A DNA stretch of 63,642 nucleotides, filler included, from Perkinsus chesapeaki ATCC PRA-425 (lineage: Eukaryota > Protista > Perkinsozoa), in the NCBI GenBank assembly GCA_013115145.1. It is 8 parts of 8 records of this genome, joined end to end, with 100 filler letters (N's around TTAATTAATTAA, not from the genome) between each part and the next. Parts side by side here need not be neighbours in the genome. Positions count along the whole stretch, not along the records: positions 1 to 2,350 come from JAAPAO010001624.1; positions 2,451 to 30,902 come from JAAPAO010000472.1; 6 more parts are not named here. One strand, given 5' to 3'. The position numbers and the translations under genes were made by a program. Below, piece by piece: positions 1 to 10,669 of this stretch; the stretch's first letter is position 1, and the number at the start of each line of letters is the position of its first letter. The notes beneath the pieces are model-generated. The model made no database searches, was not told where the DNA came from, and worked only from the letters and a program-made list of their open reading frames with translations.

Positions 1-2350
1 AGACCTAGGTGCCTCGGCGCCGCTCCTTGGTTGCTTGCAGTTTCCTCGCTGGTAACATCAATCTTGGACAAGGGAAACTCGTAACCAATGCAGGCCGCCG
101 TAAGGCGCATGCATAAGGTAAGCAGAGCAATCATACGGAGAGAGCCAAACACTAGTACGTCATCCAGAAAGTCGAGCCAGTTTATACCGTGCTTTGCTAG
201 GGACAGTTGGACGTCACTAGGGGTGGTAGCCGGGGGTGCCAGATCAGGCAGACGAGGGTTACGGGGCTCTCCAAGGAATAGCTGTATAGCCATGCACACT
301 GCTGTCATCAATAGCCTCACTCCGAAGGTCATGGCAGCGGAGCCGAATCCAGCTCCAAAAGCGGCGCGGTCGGTCCTGTAGAGTTCACCGAAGCACTTGA
401 TGAAGATCCACCCGACTTCATTTACCTTCAACCTGTTTTTATAATAAGCTTTGGATAAATCCAAAAAAACTGTGGTGTCCGTGGAAGAGCACCGTCCTCT
501 CCACGACATCACTAGTGCTGTACAAGGCTGACCATCCCAGCTAGCTTTCGGGCGAGTGGAGTTCCAACGTTTAAGATCTATCACAGCACGGGTAGAGGTA
601 GACTTCCAGGCTCCTTGAAACCGAGGGAATGATACCCCAGCCGGTCCTTGTTCCTCCTTCAGGTCGCTGCTCTTGACCCACCAGCCGTTGGAGATGAACT
701 TCTGACATTCATTGGCAAAGGAACTTCGCTGTTCCTCAGTGAGTTTGCTCAACATTCTCACGGAAAAATCACCGGTGTTGGCGACCGGTGGGTCTTTGGC
801 ATCCCACCGAATCTCGACAGTGTGGGTCTGGTTGGGCAGGTCGCGCTTCTCTTCTGGTAGGAGTTCACGCACCCTTCCTTGGTAGTCCTCAGCAGCTGGC
901 AGTGGTGACCACTCTCGTCCGCGCTCCACCAGGAGTTCTCGAGCTTTAGAAACGCAGATCTCGCACTCGTCTGCAACACTAGCCTCGGCTGAGAGCAGAA
1001 TGCTCAAACCATCTTGGGTGGGTCCTTCGGCGCAGTCTGGGAGTGTGGGGGGTTCCGGGCCTACAGTATTGTTGCCAGATGGCCCCTGCCCTCCGAATGA
1101 CACTGAAAGCCCAAGCTTCTCCATGTCCTTCCAGCCTTATAANNNNNNNNNNNNNNNNNNNNNNNNNNNNNNNNNNNNNNNNNNNNNNNNNNNNNNNNNN
1201 NNNNNNNNNNNNNNNNNNNNNNNNNNNNNNNNNNACCACCGAGTGTACCGGCGATACCGCGCCGACTGTCTTCGTGTCCTTGTGCCGAAGTCTCTCGGAT
1301 CTTCTTGGCTCGTCATCATCCTGGGTCACGGCGGTAGCTGGTGGTTGTGGTAGATGTTGGAACTTGCAGGCTTCACCAAACTTGCAGGTTCTGTGCTTCT
1401 CGAAATAGTGACACACCCCCGGGTCGCTCTTAACCTGATCGGTGCTCTTAGTGTCCTCTGGTTTGACCGGTACACTCTCTGGCGCCGTGTGTATGTCCGG
1501 CATGGAGTGTCTGCGGTTTGCAACAGTGTATGGTGGGGATGCCTCACTCTTGTGGCTAATGCTCGTACTAGATGAAGTTTGATGGCTATATTTACAAGCA
1601 TCTCCATACTTGCATGTGCCGTGCTTCTGAAAGTGCTTGCATAGAGTTGTCAGTGGTCCTATGACAGGCTTCGCCGAGCATATACCCAGGAATTCATCTA
1701 CCGAAGGAAAACGAAAGTCCTTGCTCATCAACTCGATGGTGGCATGGAAGTCGTTGATGCTCTTAGTGACGCGTAATTTGGGTAGTAACTGGCCACGCAT
1801 ACCAGTGTCTTTGAGTACATGGAACTGGGAGATTGACCTCAGAAGGCGGTCACGTCTCAGCGTCCAGCCTCCGGTAGATGTAAAATCGATGTTCTCTACT
1901 TGTGAACATCTTAACTTCTCTTGATGGCAATAGTCAGACCAAGTGGTGCCAGCGGGTTCCAGCTCAACCCAGTGTTGGAGAGCCAACGAAGAATCGTTCA
2001 CCACGAAGTCAGCGTCTAACTTTTTGGATATCTCCTGTAAAGCCTCATAACACGACGCTAACCAAGTCTTCATCGAGCTTATGGCTGCTGCACGTCTGTT
2101 CTCGTCTGACTCACAGGAGTGGATGTCAATAGTTTTCCATTTGAGGATGCTCTCTAAGTGCGCGAGGCATCCTTCTTGGACGATGAGTGCCTGTTTAGCA
2201 GGTAACAGGCGTGATAGAATGGCCAGCTTCATAGGAGCTGCCAGCTTTGCCAGGTCGAGGGTGGTACAGAGTTTCTTCCAATAGGACTCATTCCAAGTGG
2301 TGGATTTGCTTATACTCCACGCCTTGGCCCACTCGTCGACCGAGAGTTGT
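1..2350 (-). mobile_element. BEL/Pao-like LTR retrotransposon fragment: gag with two CCCH fingers followed by the RT region, cut by the window edge and gaps
   Basis: The minus frame from about 1046 to 1 reads QTHTVEIRW..ECQKFISNGWW..RAVIDLKRWN..FLDLSKAYY..AAFGAGFGS..DFLDDVLVFG..RHLG (RT motifs). ORF 979-2232 has CKHFQKHGTCKYGDACKYSH and CHYFEKHRTCKFGEACKFQH. It resembles the fragment at 49745. Confidence 0.7.
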
Positions 2351-2450
2351 NNNNNNNNNNNNNNNNNNNNNNNNNNNNNNNNNNNNNNNNNNNNTTAATT
2401 AATTAANNNNNNNNNNNNNNNNNNNNNNNNNNNNNNNNNNNNNNNNNNNN
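2351..2450. other. Assembly gap with artificial TTAATTAATTAA spacer
   Basis: The same construct recurs near 30903, 48363, 49645, 50751, 57682 and 62365. Plain N-runs occur at 1143 and 19286. Confidence 0.95.
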
Positions 2451-2461
2451 AACTGTTACAG

Positions 2462-2582
2462 TGGGGCTGGTGAAGTAAGTCAGGATCACTACTCTGTCCT
2501 TGAGTTATATGATTAATGAAACTTTTACATTGGGGCTGGTGAAGTAAGTCAGGATCACTACTCTGTCCTTGAGTTATATGAT
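2462..2582. repeat. 52-bp direct duplication with period 69
   Basis: TGGGGCTGGTGAAGTAAGTCAGGATCACTACTCTGTCCTTGAGTTATATGAT occurs at 2462-2513 and 2531-2582, next to a gap. Confidence 0.85.
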
Positions 2583-2855
2583 GTTAAGTTGAACCAACTT
2601 TGAACCATAATTGTAGTCCTGACTGTAACTAATCTTACTACTATGCAAAAAAATATATCGAAGCTCGGAACTGGACCAATTGTCGAGAGTGTAAGATCGT
2701 ATCGCTTATAATTGGTATATGTCTGTTAAGAACACTGTCGTATGATAATAGCGGTATTGTTTAATACAACATGAGCACCCTTCCATACTTTAAAATAACA
2801 CAAATAACAATTATCAGAAACATCATCTTAGTAATAATAGCTATTATTATTGTTA

Positions 2856-5063
2856 TTAGGCATGTACACTTTGCATTGGTATGAATTCCTAAAGGTAATA
2901 TAAAGAATATTGAAATGTATGTGTCATAATACGTACAATCGCAACTGTAGCAGCATTATCCTCTATTAATGTAGCATGCCCCCAGAATTCTGGTATATAT
3001 AATATATCACCTAATAATATTGAGATAGTAACACTCCTAAGCTACTCCTACCTGGTAGCTGTTCTAACTCTATAACATGTTCGACATCACTTCCACGCCA
3101 CACATCCCATTCAACACCCGATGGTAGATGAGACCAAAATGAATATCTTGATGGTTTTAAAAGCCACTTTTTCCGACCACATAATAATAACTATCATAAA
3201 AGTCATAACAATAATGATGCCTTTAACAACAAGCAGCAGCAGTAGGAGTAGTAGTAGGAGTAGTAGGAGTAGTAGTAGGAGTGGTAGTAGGAGTGGTAGT
3301 AGGAGTGGTAGTAGGAGTGGTAGTAGGAGTAGGAGTGGTAGTAGGAGTGGTAGTAGGAGTAGTAGTAGTAGTAGTAGTAGGAGTAGTAGTAGGAGTAGTA
3401 GTAGGAGTGGTATGTTACATTTAAAGCAGCATGATGAGTATGCATCTGTGATCCAGCTTTAGGTGGTCCAATACCAAACTGTGGATATCTAGCATAAGCT
3501 ACATTATTCGGTCCAAGTAAGCTGAGCAACGCCTCTCCGTAATATTTTATTAATGCTTGTTTATGGCCCAAACTGGCATCAAATCCATAAAGTGGTGCCT
3601 GACATGCCCTAACCGGGAATTGAACTCACGACCTTATTGTCATCACTTTCATATTCGTATCATGATTTGCATATTGTTGAATATATTGGGCTAATCTGAT
3701 ACTCTCCTGCCGATAACTGAATATATTATGTGCATAGTTCAATCTTTAAAGTAGTATTATCATCTTTACCCTAATATTTTGCCATAAGGTATTTGTGACA
3801 CAGCCAAAGTCTGAATGAGCAAACTATCGGGAATGCTACTGAATCCATTATCCCATACAAAGTGAGGTAGAAGTGAGCGTATAATAACCTGAACAATGGT
3901 AATGTTGGTGCTAATGACTGATATTAATCATAAGGTCGTCGCCGTGAACATGAGCTATATTACAGGTTTATTCATAGTAAGGTAATAATCCCATTTTATT
4001 ATACGTTCCTTATTGTTCAGCTTATTAAGGACATCATATTCTATACCATAATATTCTTTATTGTCCTCTATATTACTAATACCTCCACCAACAAGTGATA
4101 TTAGATAATTAGATCTAAATGTCAGATATCCCTAATTATTTAATATTTAATATCATCACATGTTTTGCCATCCCCAAGCCACTGCAAGATGAGCAGGAGT
4201 TCTACCATAATTATCGATTGAATTTAATACTCCTTCCAGATCACCATTTACTCGTTTAATTCCTTCAATTAGCTTGTTAATAACCTGATAACCACGATGA
4301 TGATCCTTTATCGTATTTGCTCTTGTTGTTGTTATAATGATTGCCTGTAGATTGCCAGAAGCTGCTGCTAAATGCATTGTAGTGCACCCATTATGATCTC
4401 TTCTATTAACATCAATATCATCCAAACTCATCGTTACATCACAAACATCACTTTGCCATTTATGTAGGCCCATTCGAACTTCCTCAGAGGACACTGGTCT
4501 ACACTGGACTGCTTGCTGCTGTTGCCTGTTGTTGTCTTTGCAGAATGTGTATCTTTACGACATATCTTTATATAGTATTAATATTGCCGGCTCCTTTACC
4601 CGTATAATGTATCTGGTTGTATTGACGGTATTCGTTTAGTTCCTGCCATTATCCTGTATTATTATTATATACTTTTATTTTAACATTAACCTACGCATTA
4701 GCCTTATGTCTTGGTGTTGCTAATAATGCTGCCATTAATGGTGTTCTATTATCAATTGAACTATGATGTGATGAAACATACATGGCATTTACATCTCTTC
4801 CTTGAATATCCTCTGAATTATATTATTTATAGTAATTCATAGTTATTGTATTACTTCTATTATTAACTATATTATTTGGCATAATCATTCCATCATTTGA
4901 AGTGGGCGGCCTTTGAAGATCCTTCAATGCATTTATTGATGTTGTCCTTCTAACATGATGATGTATCTATAATTTAATATTCTATATATTGCCTTTAACC
5001 TACTAAAGTAGACCATCGTGATGACCACTGTGGCACTAACCATCTACGACACCACCTTCTCAT
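2856..5063 (-). CDS. Multi-exon ankyrin-repeat + JmjC (JMJD8-like cupin) protein
   Basis: Ankyrin motifs DHNGCTTMHLAAASG and DNYGRTPAHLAVAWG. Spliced C-terminus QFGIGPPKAGSQMHTHHAALN|LLLCGRKKWLLKP..EQLPG|DILYIPEFWGHAT..EFIPMQSVHA*. The start (5063) is tentative. Confidence 0.8.
3238..3409. repeat. Compound AGT/AGG/GGT microsatellite inside a JmjC intron
   Basis: Runs of AGTAGG, AGTGGT and (AGT)n. It lies between donor AAT|GTAACA and acceptor ATAG|TTA on the minus strand. Confidence 0.9.
3599..3646 (-). other. 48-nt intron containing a tRNA 3' fragment (sense orientation)
   Basis: GTGATGACAAT-AAGGTC-GTGAG-TTCAATT-CCCGG-TTAGGGC-A-TGTCAG. Removal restores the frame ..DTNMK|APLYGFD.. Confidence 0.8.
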
Positions 5064-5211
5064 ACAGCAATAGAGGCTAAGCGGAAAATGAAAATGACGG
5101 CAACAAAAAGAACATAGTATTTTGGGCGCGCGCGTAATTTCGTGGCGCGTTCGTCGGGCTCGTCCTCTTTTTCGCATCATCGCTCTCCTCGTTCATATTG
5201 ATCGTGTTCAT

Positions 5212-5630
5212 ATGTCATTTGAGATTATATTTGCGGCAATTGCTGTTTGGTTGGTAACTCCAACAGTTGGACGTAGACCAAGTAATATAGATATACAAGG
5301 AAGAGTTGAAATGGAATATCCTATTGATGATGATGATTAATGGTAAAGGGTTAAAGCAACAACATGTATATTATATTATTATTTAGATGATATTGTTAAT
5401 ATACATGTATATTGTTAATGCAGTATTCTTTAAATTGACTTGTGTTTTTACTCCTTTTTTATTCATAGGCCTCCTCATCATCCGTTTAAATGCGTTTTAT
5501 AATTTTGTGCGTTATTTCTTCCTTAACTGTTGGTATGCAGTTATATGAGAAAGGTAACAAGAATGAACTTGATGTAGATAGACAAGGAAGAGTTCAACCA
5601 CAAACATTTGAGATTAATGTTAAACCATAA
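5212..5630 (+). CDS. Possible small secreted hypothetical protein; exon structure unresolved
   Basis: Hydrophobic N-terminus MSFEIIFAAIAVWLV and coding-like segments IDIQGRVE / VDRQGRVQPQTFEINVKP*. An in-frame stop at 5338 is unexplained. Confidence 0.25.
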
Positions 5631-5760
5631 CATTATATTACCTTTATCACCACCCATTCTGTATTTAACAGCGTGTGATGATACTTCATGTAACCTATGT
5701 TATTGTTATTATTGTTGTGTTATCGAGTATTATTATTAAATATTAGTCACTATCATTATT

Positions 5761-6368
5761 ATGACAACTATCCAACAGTTTATAAATAATGTAGTTGATA
5801 AGTAATATCGATCAAGTTTATTATTATTACATTATTTTTATTAGTGTTGATGGTATAGAATCGGTAACCATATCGGATAGGGAAGGTGTTGAGATAATAT
5901 CATCATCGTGTACGCGCAGTTGCCATCCAACTTGACGACTTAATTACCATATTTAGCTACCCAATCAAATAATAAGATAACGGATGAGGTGGAATCAGAT
6001 GAGCAAATCCTAACAACAATATTTTCCCTCACGAGCGATCAAGTAAGTGTCGTCATCTTCATCTACTATGTCTTAACGGTATAGTATTATTGTTATTAGT
6101 GTACAAAGCTTCCAGAGTTTGGTCCATGCTCATTTGTTATAGCTGGTTATGGTGATGGTAAACAACTACTACAAGCTACAGATAGTCCATTAGTTATAAC
6201 AATTATGGCTGATACACATGAAATTGATAGACGTAAGCGTTATACTTTACGTTATATTAATAATACTTGTTAGGTAATCTTATTGGGGTATTAGAGGATG
6301 TTAAGATAGCATTAAAAGAGATGAGAATGATGTTTGATCAACAACAACAACCACAGTACAACAATTAG
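5761..6368 (+). CDS. LAMTOR3: Ragulator subunit LAMTOR3/MP1-like protein (roadblock fold), 5 exons
   Basis: Spliced translation MTTIQQFINNVVDN|VDGIESVTISDREGVEII..ILTTIFSLTSDQ|CTKLPEFG..LLQATDSPLVITIMA.. resembles MP1 (VEGLHAIVVSDRDGVPVI..FLSTFALATDQGSKLG..LPLVVSFIA), compared from memory. Confidence 0.7.
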
Positions 6369-6632
6369 TTAGAATTATATTTCCTTATTTATAATATTAT
6401 TAAGTTAGAGTAACATAAAATATCTACAATGCTGCTCAAGCTTCCTTCATCCCCGTTACTCCTCCCTATTATTACTTACCAACGCATCCAGTAGTAACAG
6501 TATTTCGTTATGCTTGTTAATGCTTACAGTAATAATAACAATGCTTATTTTACGAACCGAAGTTATAGGGATAAGCATTTATTTCAGCCAATTGTAGCAG
6601 CAAGCGAGAGTAATATTTCATCATGGCTCGCG

Positions 6633-6637
6633 ACTAT

Positions 6638-6696
<59 letters not shown>

Positions 6697-6710
6697 TTAC
6701 TACTACTACT
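6633..6710. repeat. (ACT)n microsatellite
   Basis: About 25 ACT/ATT units in the intergenic region. Confidence 0.95.
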
Positions 6711-6846
6711 TAGAGTAGTCAATGTCATTACACTACTGATCGTTTAACACAACAGCACATATATCAAACATAACATTCACGATACCGACAATAATAATGA
6801 TGACTAGCTTTACAGCAGAAGCATGCTATTCGTGGGTCTGCAAGAT

Positions 6847-8931
6847 TCATGATGGAAGTTGGTTATTTAAAAAATCATGAAGCATCTTTAATGATTGTCG
6901 AGGAGCATCCATTGGAGTATTATGTCCAGCATTATATACCTAATTAAAGATCATCAACGAAACATATACACCATAAATTTACCCGGATGAAGTTTAATTG
7001 GCCACCCGTATCTGGTAGAGTAAAACTTCTTAGTGTGCCGGTAATATCATCATTACTCTAAGCCAAGATAAAACAATGATTATTCATTTACTCACTTTAT
7101 AGATAATATCTTTGGCAGTCCTGAATCCCTCAGAACCTCTCCATTCCAGCTCTTTAGTCCACGCTTCACCACCCATCCAATTACATGCATAATCACGATC
7201 TCCATGGAATATTAGTGCCTAAATGGAGATAGAAGGTAGCAAAGAACAAGGTGAGCATCAACAGCTTAAACCTACGCGGAGATCATCATCATCGATGAGC
7301 CTCGAAATGTAATGGTGATAATTACGAGCTCGATCGTTACGGAATTTCTGAGTTACCTGACACATGAAATTTCAAATAGCACGCCGCTGAGCCCGCTATT
7401 TTTACTTCACTGTTTAAGGGGCTCCAATTAATACTATTTCCGAATCTCCTCAGTATATCTTGCCTCCTCATAAATGCCTCTATCTAGAGGATCAAAGCAA
7501 CAATAGAAATCCATGAAGCTGAAATCTCACTAAACTTTCAACAGTGCCCAGCCTGCAGCACCAATTGACATTTTCTAATGGCCTTACATTGAGTCTCAGC
7601 TGCTTCGATGACACGTCACCATGTTTTCTATCCAAATGGTATCTATATAAGTAATCTGTACTCATTGGAGCATTCACAGCTGTCTCACTTACATATCGAT
7701 ACCCTTGGCAATAACGGGTGCTATGAGATCATCATGACAGGTGTCCCAGGCTACTGCGCACGGTTCACTAAACCACTCCCAAAATTTCACTAATAATGAT
7801 TCTCCAGGATTGTTGCACTGGTGTATTAGATCTACACAAACTCGCGAGCTCTTTCTCAACACATGATATCTGAGTTCATTTTCGGAACCTATATGGTCCG
7901 GTGTCAACGTCTAACTTCACCACCTATCTTCATCAATAAGGTTGTTCTCCTTCGCCATTTCGAGATAGAAGTCCCATCTGCACGAGTTCATGTGAAAAGG
8001 AAGGATATCAGCATTAAAGTAAGATTACTGTATTTCTGGCATGACATCAGCGTTGCCCAGTATGATTCCCTTTAATTGAACAAGCGATTTCCTCTCCTTA
8101 AATTTAGCTGCCAAAGGAGGTATAAAATGACCTACAACAATTGGATGTTGTGTTTTAAACCATTTAGGATTCAACCTGCATAAGATTGACCGGCTAAATA
8201 AACATCATTATTATATTCTGGGTGTGATGAGAAGAACTCACTGATGGCCAAGTATCTTTTAAACAAGAATATGAATGCTTTGGATAAAGTATACTACGTC
8301 GATTCAGATGCCTCAACTGAACATTTTGGTATGTTTCCTTTGCTAAAGCCCACTTTAGCCGGTTGATCGATATATAACATATTGGCGTATGTATTCCACG
8401 AGTACCTTGGAACATCTGCTGAACAGGTTTAAGAGGAAACCTCGTACGGATTCACTCTTGTATGCAATCCTGTATCATCATCAACAATACACGGTCCACC
8501 ATTACCTGATAACGCACTGTATAGACTACTAACTCCGGGACCACCTTGGAGGTAGACTAGTGTAGGACAACTACTCGAGTTTTTACGAGATCCAAAGAAC
8601 CAATAGAATAGCCTATCAATAAACATACAAAGCTGGAATCGGCTGTTGTTCTACTTTGTATCACATTGTCCATTTAGATAACCATAATATTGAACCACCA
8701 ATTCATCACATACCTTTTTCTTTACTAATTCATCCCTTCCGAGCTTGTGAGACGGACCACTTTTACTCGGCTTTATGGATGTGAGCTCTGCGATTGATTA
8801 CCACTATTCAAAAATGGACAACATAGATGGGGCTCACTTAAAGAGGATGCCTTCAATGTGTCTGAGCTCAGTACCAATGCGAGGATGACAACTACCCAGC
8901 TTCTTAGGCCGCGTTTGTCGTAATAGCTCAT
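6847..8931 (-). CDS. Secreted serine carboxypeptidase (family S10), multi-exon, apparently intact
   Basis: Signal peptide MSYYDKRGLRSWVVVILALVLSS. Motifs FYWFFGSR, LQGGPGVSS, NP|YSWNTYANMLYIDQP, GQSYAG, LKGIILGN, ACNWMGGEAW and NAGHNTPMDAP..NQLPS*. Confidence 0.88.
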
Positions 8932-10669
8932 AGTAGATTCAGCTTTCATCATCCAAGTCGACGGTCTCCCCCCGTCTTTTGGTGCATGCGGTTGTCTCCC
9001 GTCTCGTCTCGAGGGTGAAGATATTAGTGTCTCAGTGAGGCCGAGATTGAGAGCCTAACGCGCTGGGAACCTCCCTCGTTAATGCCGGCTTCGAATAAGA
9101 GTATAAATACAAGTCTTTTTGATAGATTCGAGATGACATCTATAATGTAGATTCTACATACGGCATTCATTCGGCCATACAGTGTGGCATCATTCTATCA
9201 TTATCATATCTCCAAGACAAGTGCTTCCGGCTTCGCTTTCGCGGTGAGAGTCATAGTCCGATTTTACTGTTCCCTGCTTTTAATGCAGCATTACTAATGC
9301 TGGCATCCTTTGTAATGCTTGTTTTCCTTCCTGCTTTCTAATTTACTACACACTAAGCAAATGTAACTCGAAGCTGTTTGGAAGGTTAAAAGTTGTAGCG
9401 GGTAATGAGTGCAAAAGTTAATCAGGACGGAGTTGCATCGAATGTTATCGACGAGCGAGAGAACAAATAAAGGAGTCTCAAAGACTTAGACGACATACTT
9501 GCTATAGCTTATGCCCGAATATAGATGAGCCTCGCATTTATACATATTCTGCCTCATGACCACACCTGCATGTACTGATAAGTTATTTGGTTAGCAGTTA
9601 GATACTAACACAGGGATAACCAATTCACGGAGATTTACAGTACCATACCCCAATTTGCAACTGTTAATAGATGATAACTCAATCATCAATAATGAAGAAA
9701 AGCACCCAAAAGCGAATGATCAACGAGTATCTGTTCGGAGAGGTAACCACTCCATCACCAAGCTCTTCAGTAAGACTCCAGCTTAAGCCGTGGACCTGCA
9801 GGGCTGTATCCGCTATACCTTGCCGCGATATTGGTGAGAATTTGAGGTCGCGAAGTCTCAAATTGTGGACATTTCTCATAACAACTGCGCGGTTGTTATC
9901 TCTTTTCTTTGCGAGATTGTCCGACTTATTGATTGCACGTGTATGAGCATCATAAAGTTTGAATAGAACTCACCAGCTTGGAAAAATGGGAGCTTCGAGA
10001 AGGCCACATGGCAAGCATGAAATAGGACATGCGACCAGCATAATAGAGAAGGGTACGCCGGACAGGCCATACTCATGGACAGTTCGGAGGCAGAAGTTAC
10101 TAGTAATACATAGAATAAATAGAGGTCGATCAATTAGATGGATTGATATGGCGCGCCATACCATGCGCTACGTTCGTCACGCGCTTGAGTTCGTTTTTGA
10201 TCTAGGATTTCTAGATCGATACCAGTGGCATTTTTTAAAGCAGGGGAACAGGAGCCGGAGCTCTCCCAGGTTGCTTCATTTTGCAGTACCTGATCAATTA
10301 AGGTGTACAGCTGACGTGTTCGAGCGGGAAATACTATGCAACTGTAGGCGGCGCAGAGCCATTAAGCCATTCCTTATTTAACGGGTAGCCACACTCGTGC
10401 CCACCCGGGTCTCAACTGGCGGTGAGTTCTCGAGACGTCCTCCCAGCAGCGAGTCTTTCTAGGGCCAGAGCACCCTACGGACACTTCGCGTAATACTTTG
10501 CGCTGTTTTATTGCCTCCCTGGCCACATGCTATGGTCCTTGTAACGCCACTGGCCCGCCACTCACATTGAGGCTGATCGGTTAATACTTCTGATTATTGC
10601 TCGTTCTATATACGTCGACGATGTGTTCAATCCACAATCATCAGAATCTCTTGGCATGAGTTAAAGTGT

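Noticed and set aside
2396-2407. Recurrent TTAATTAATTAA palindrome
   Set aside because: Always embedded in N-runs; an artificial contig spacer with stops in all frames.
3121-3462. Ser/Arg-rich and Tyr-rich ORFs
   Set aside because: Translations of an intronic microsatellite.
9000-10600. Short ORFs possibly encoding a secreted protein
   Set aside because: No consistent exon chain or recognisable motif could be built.
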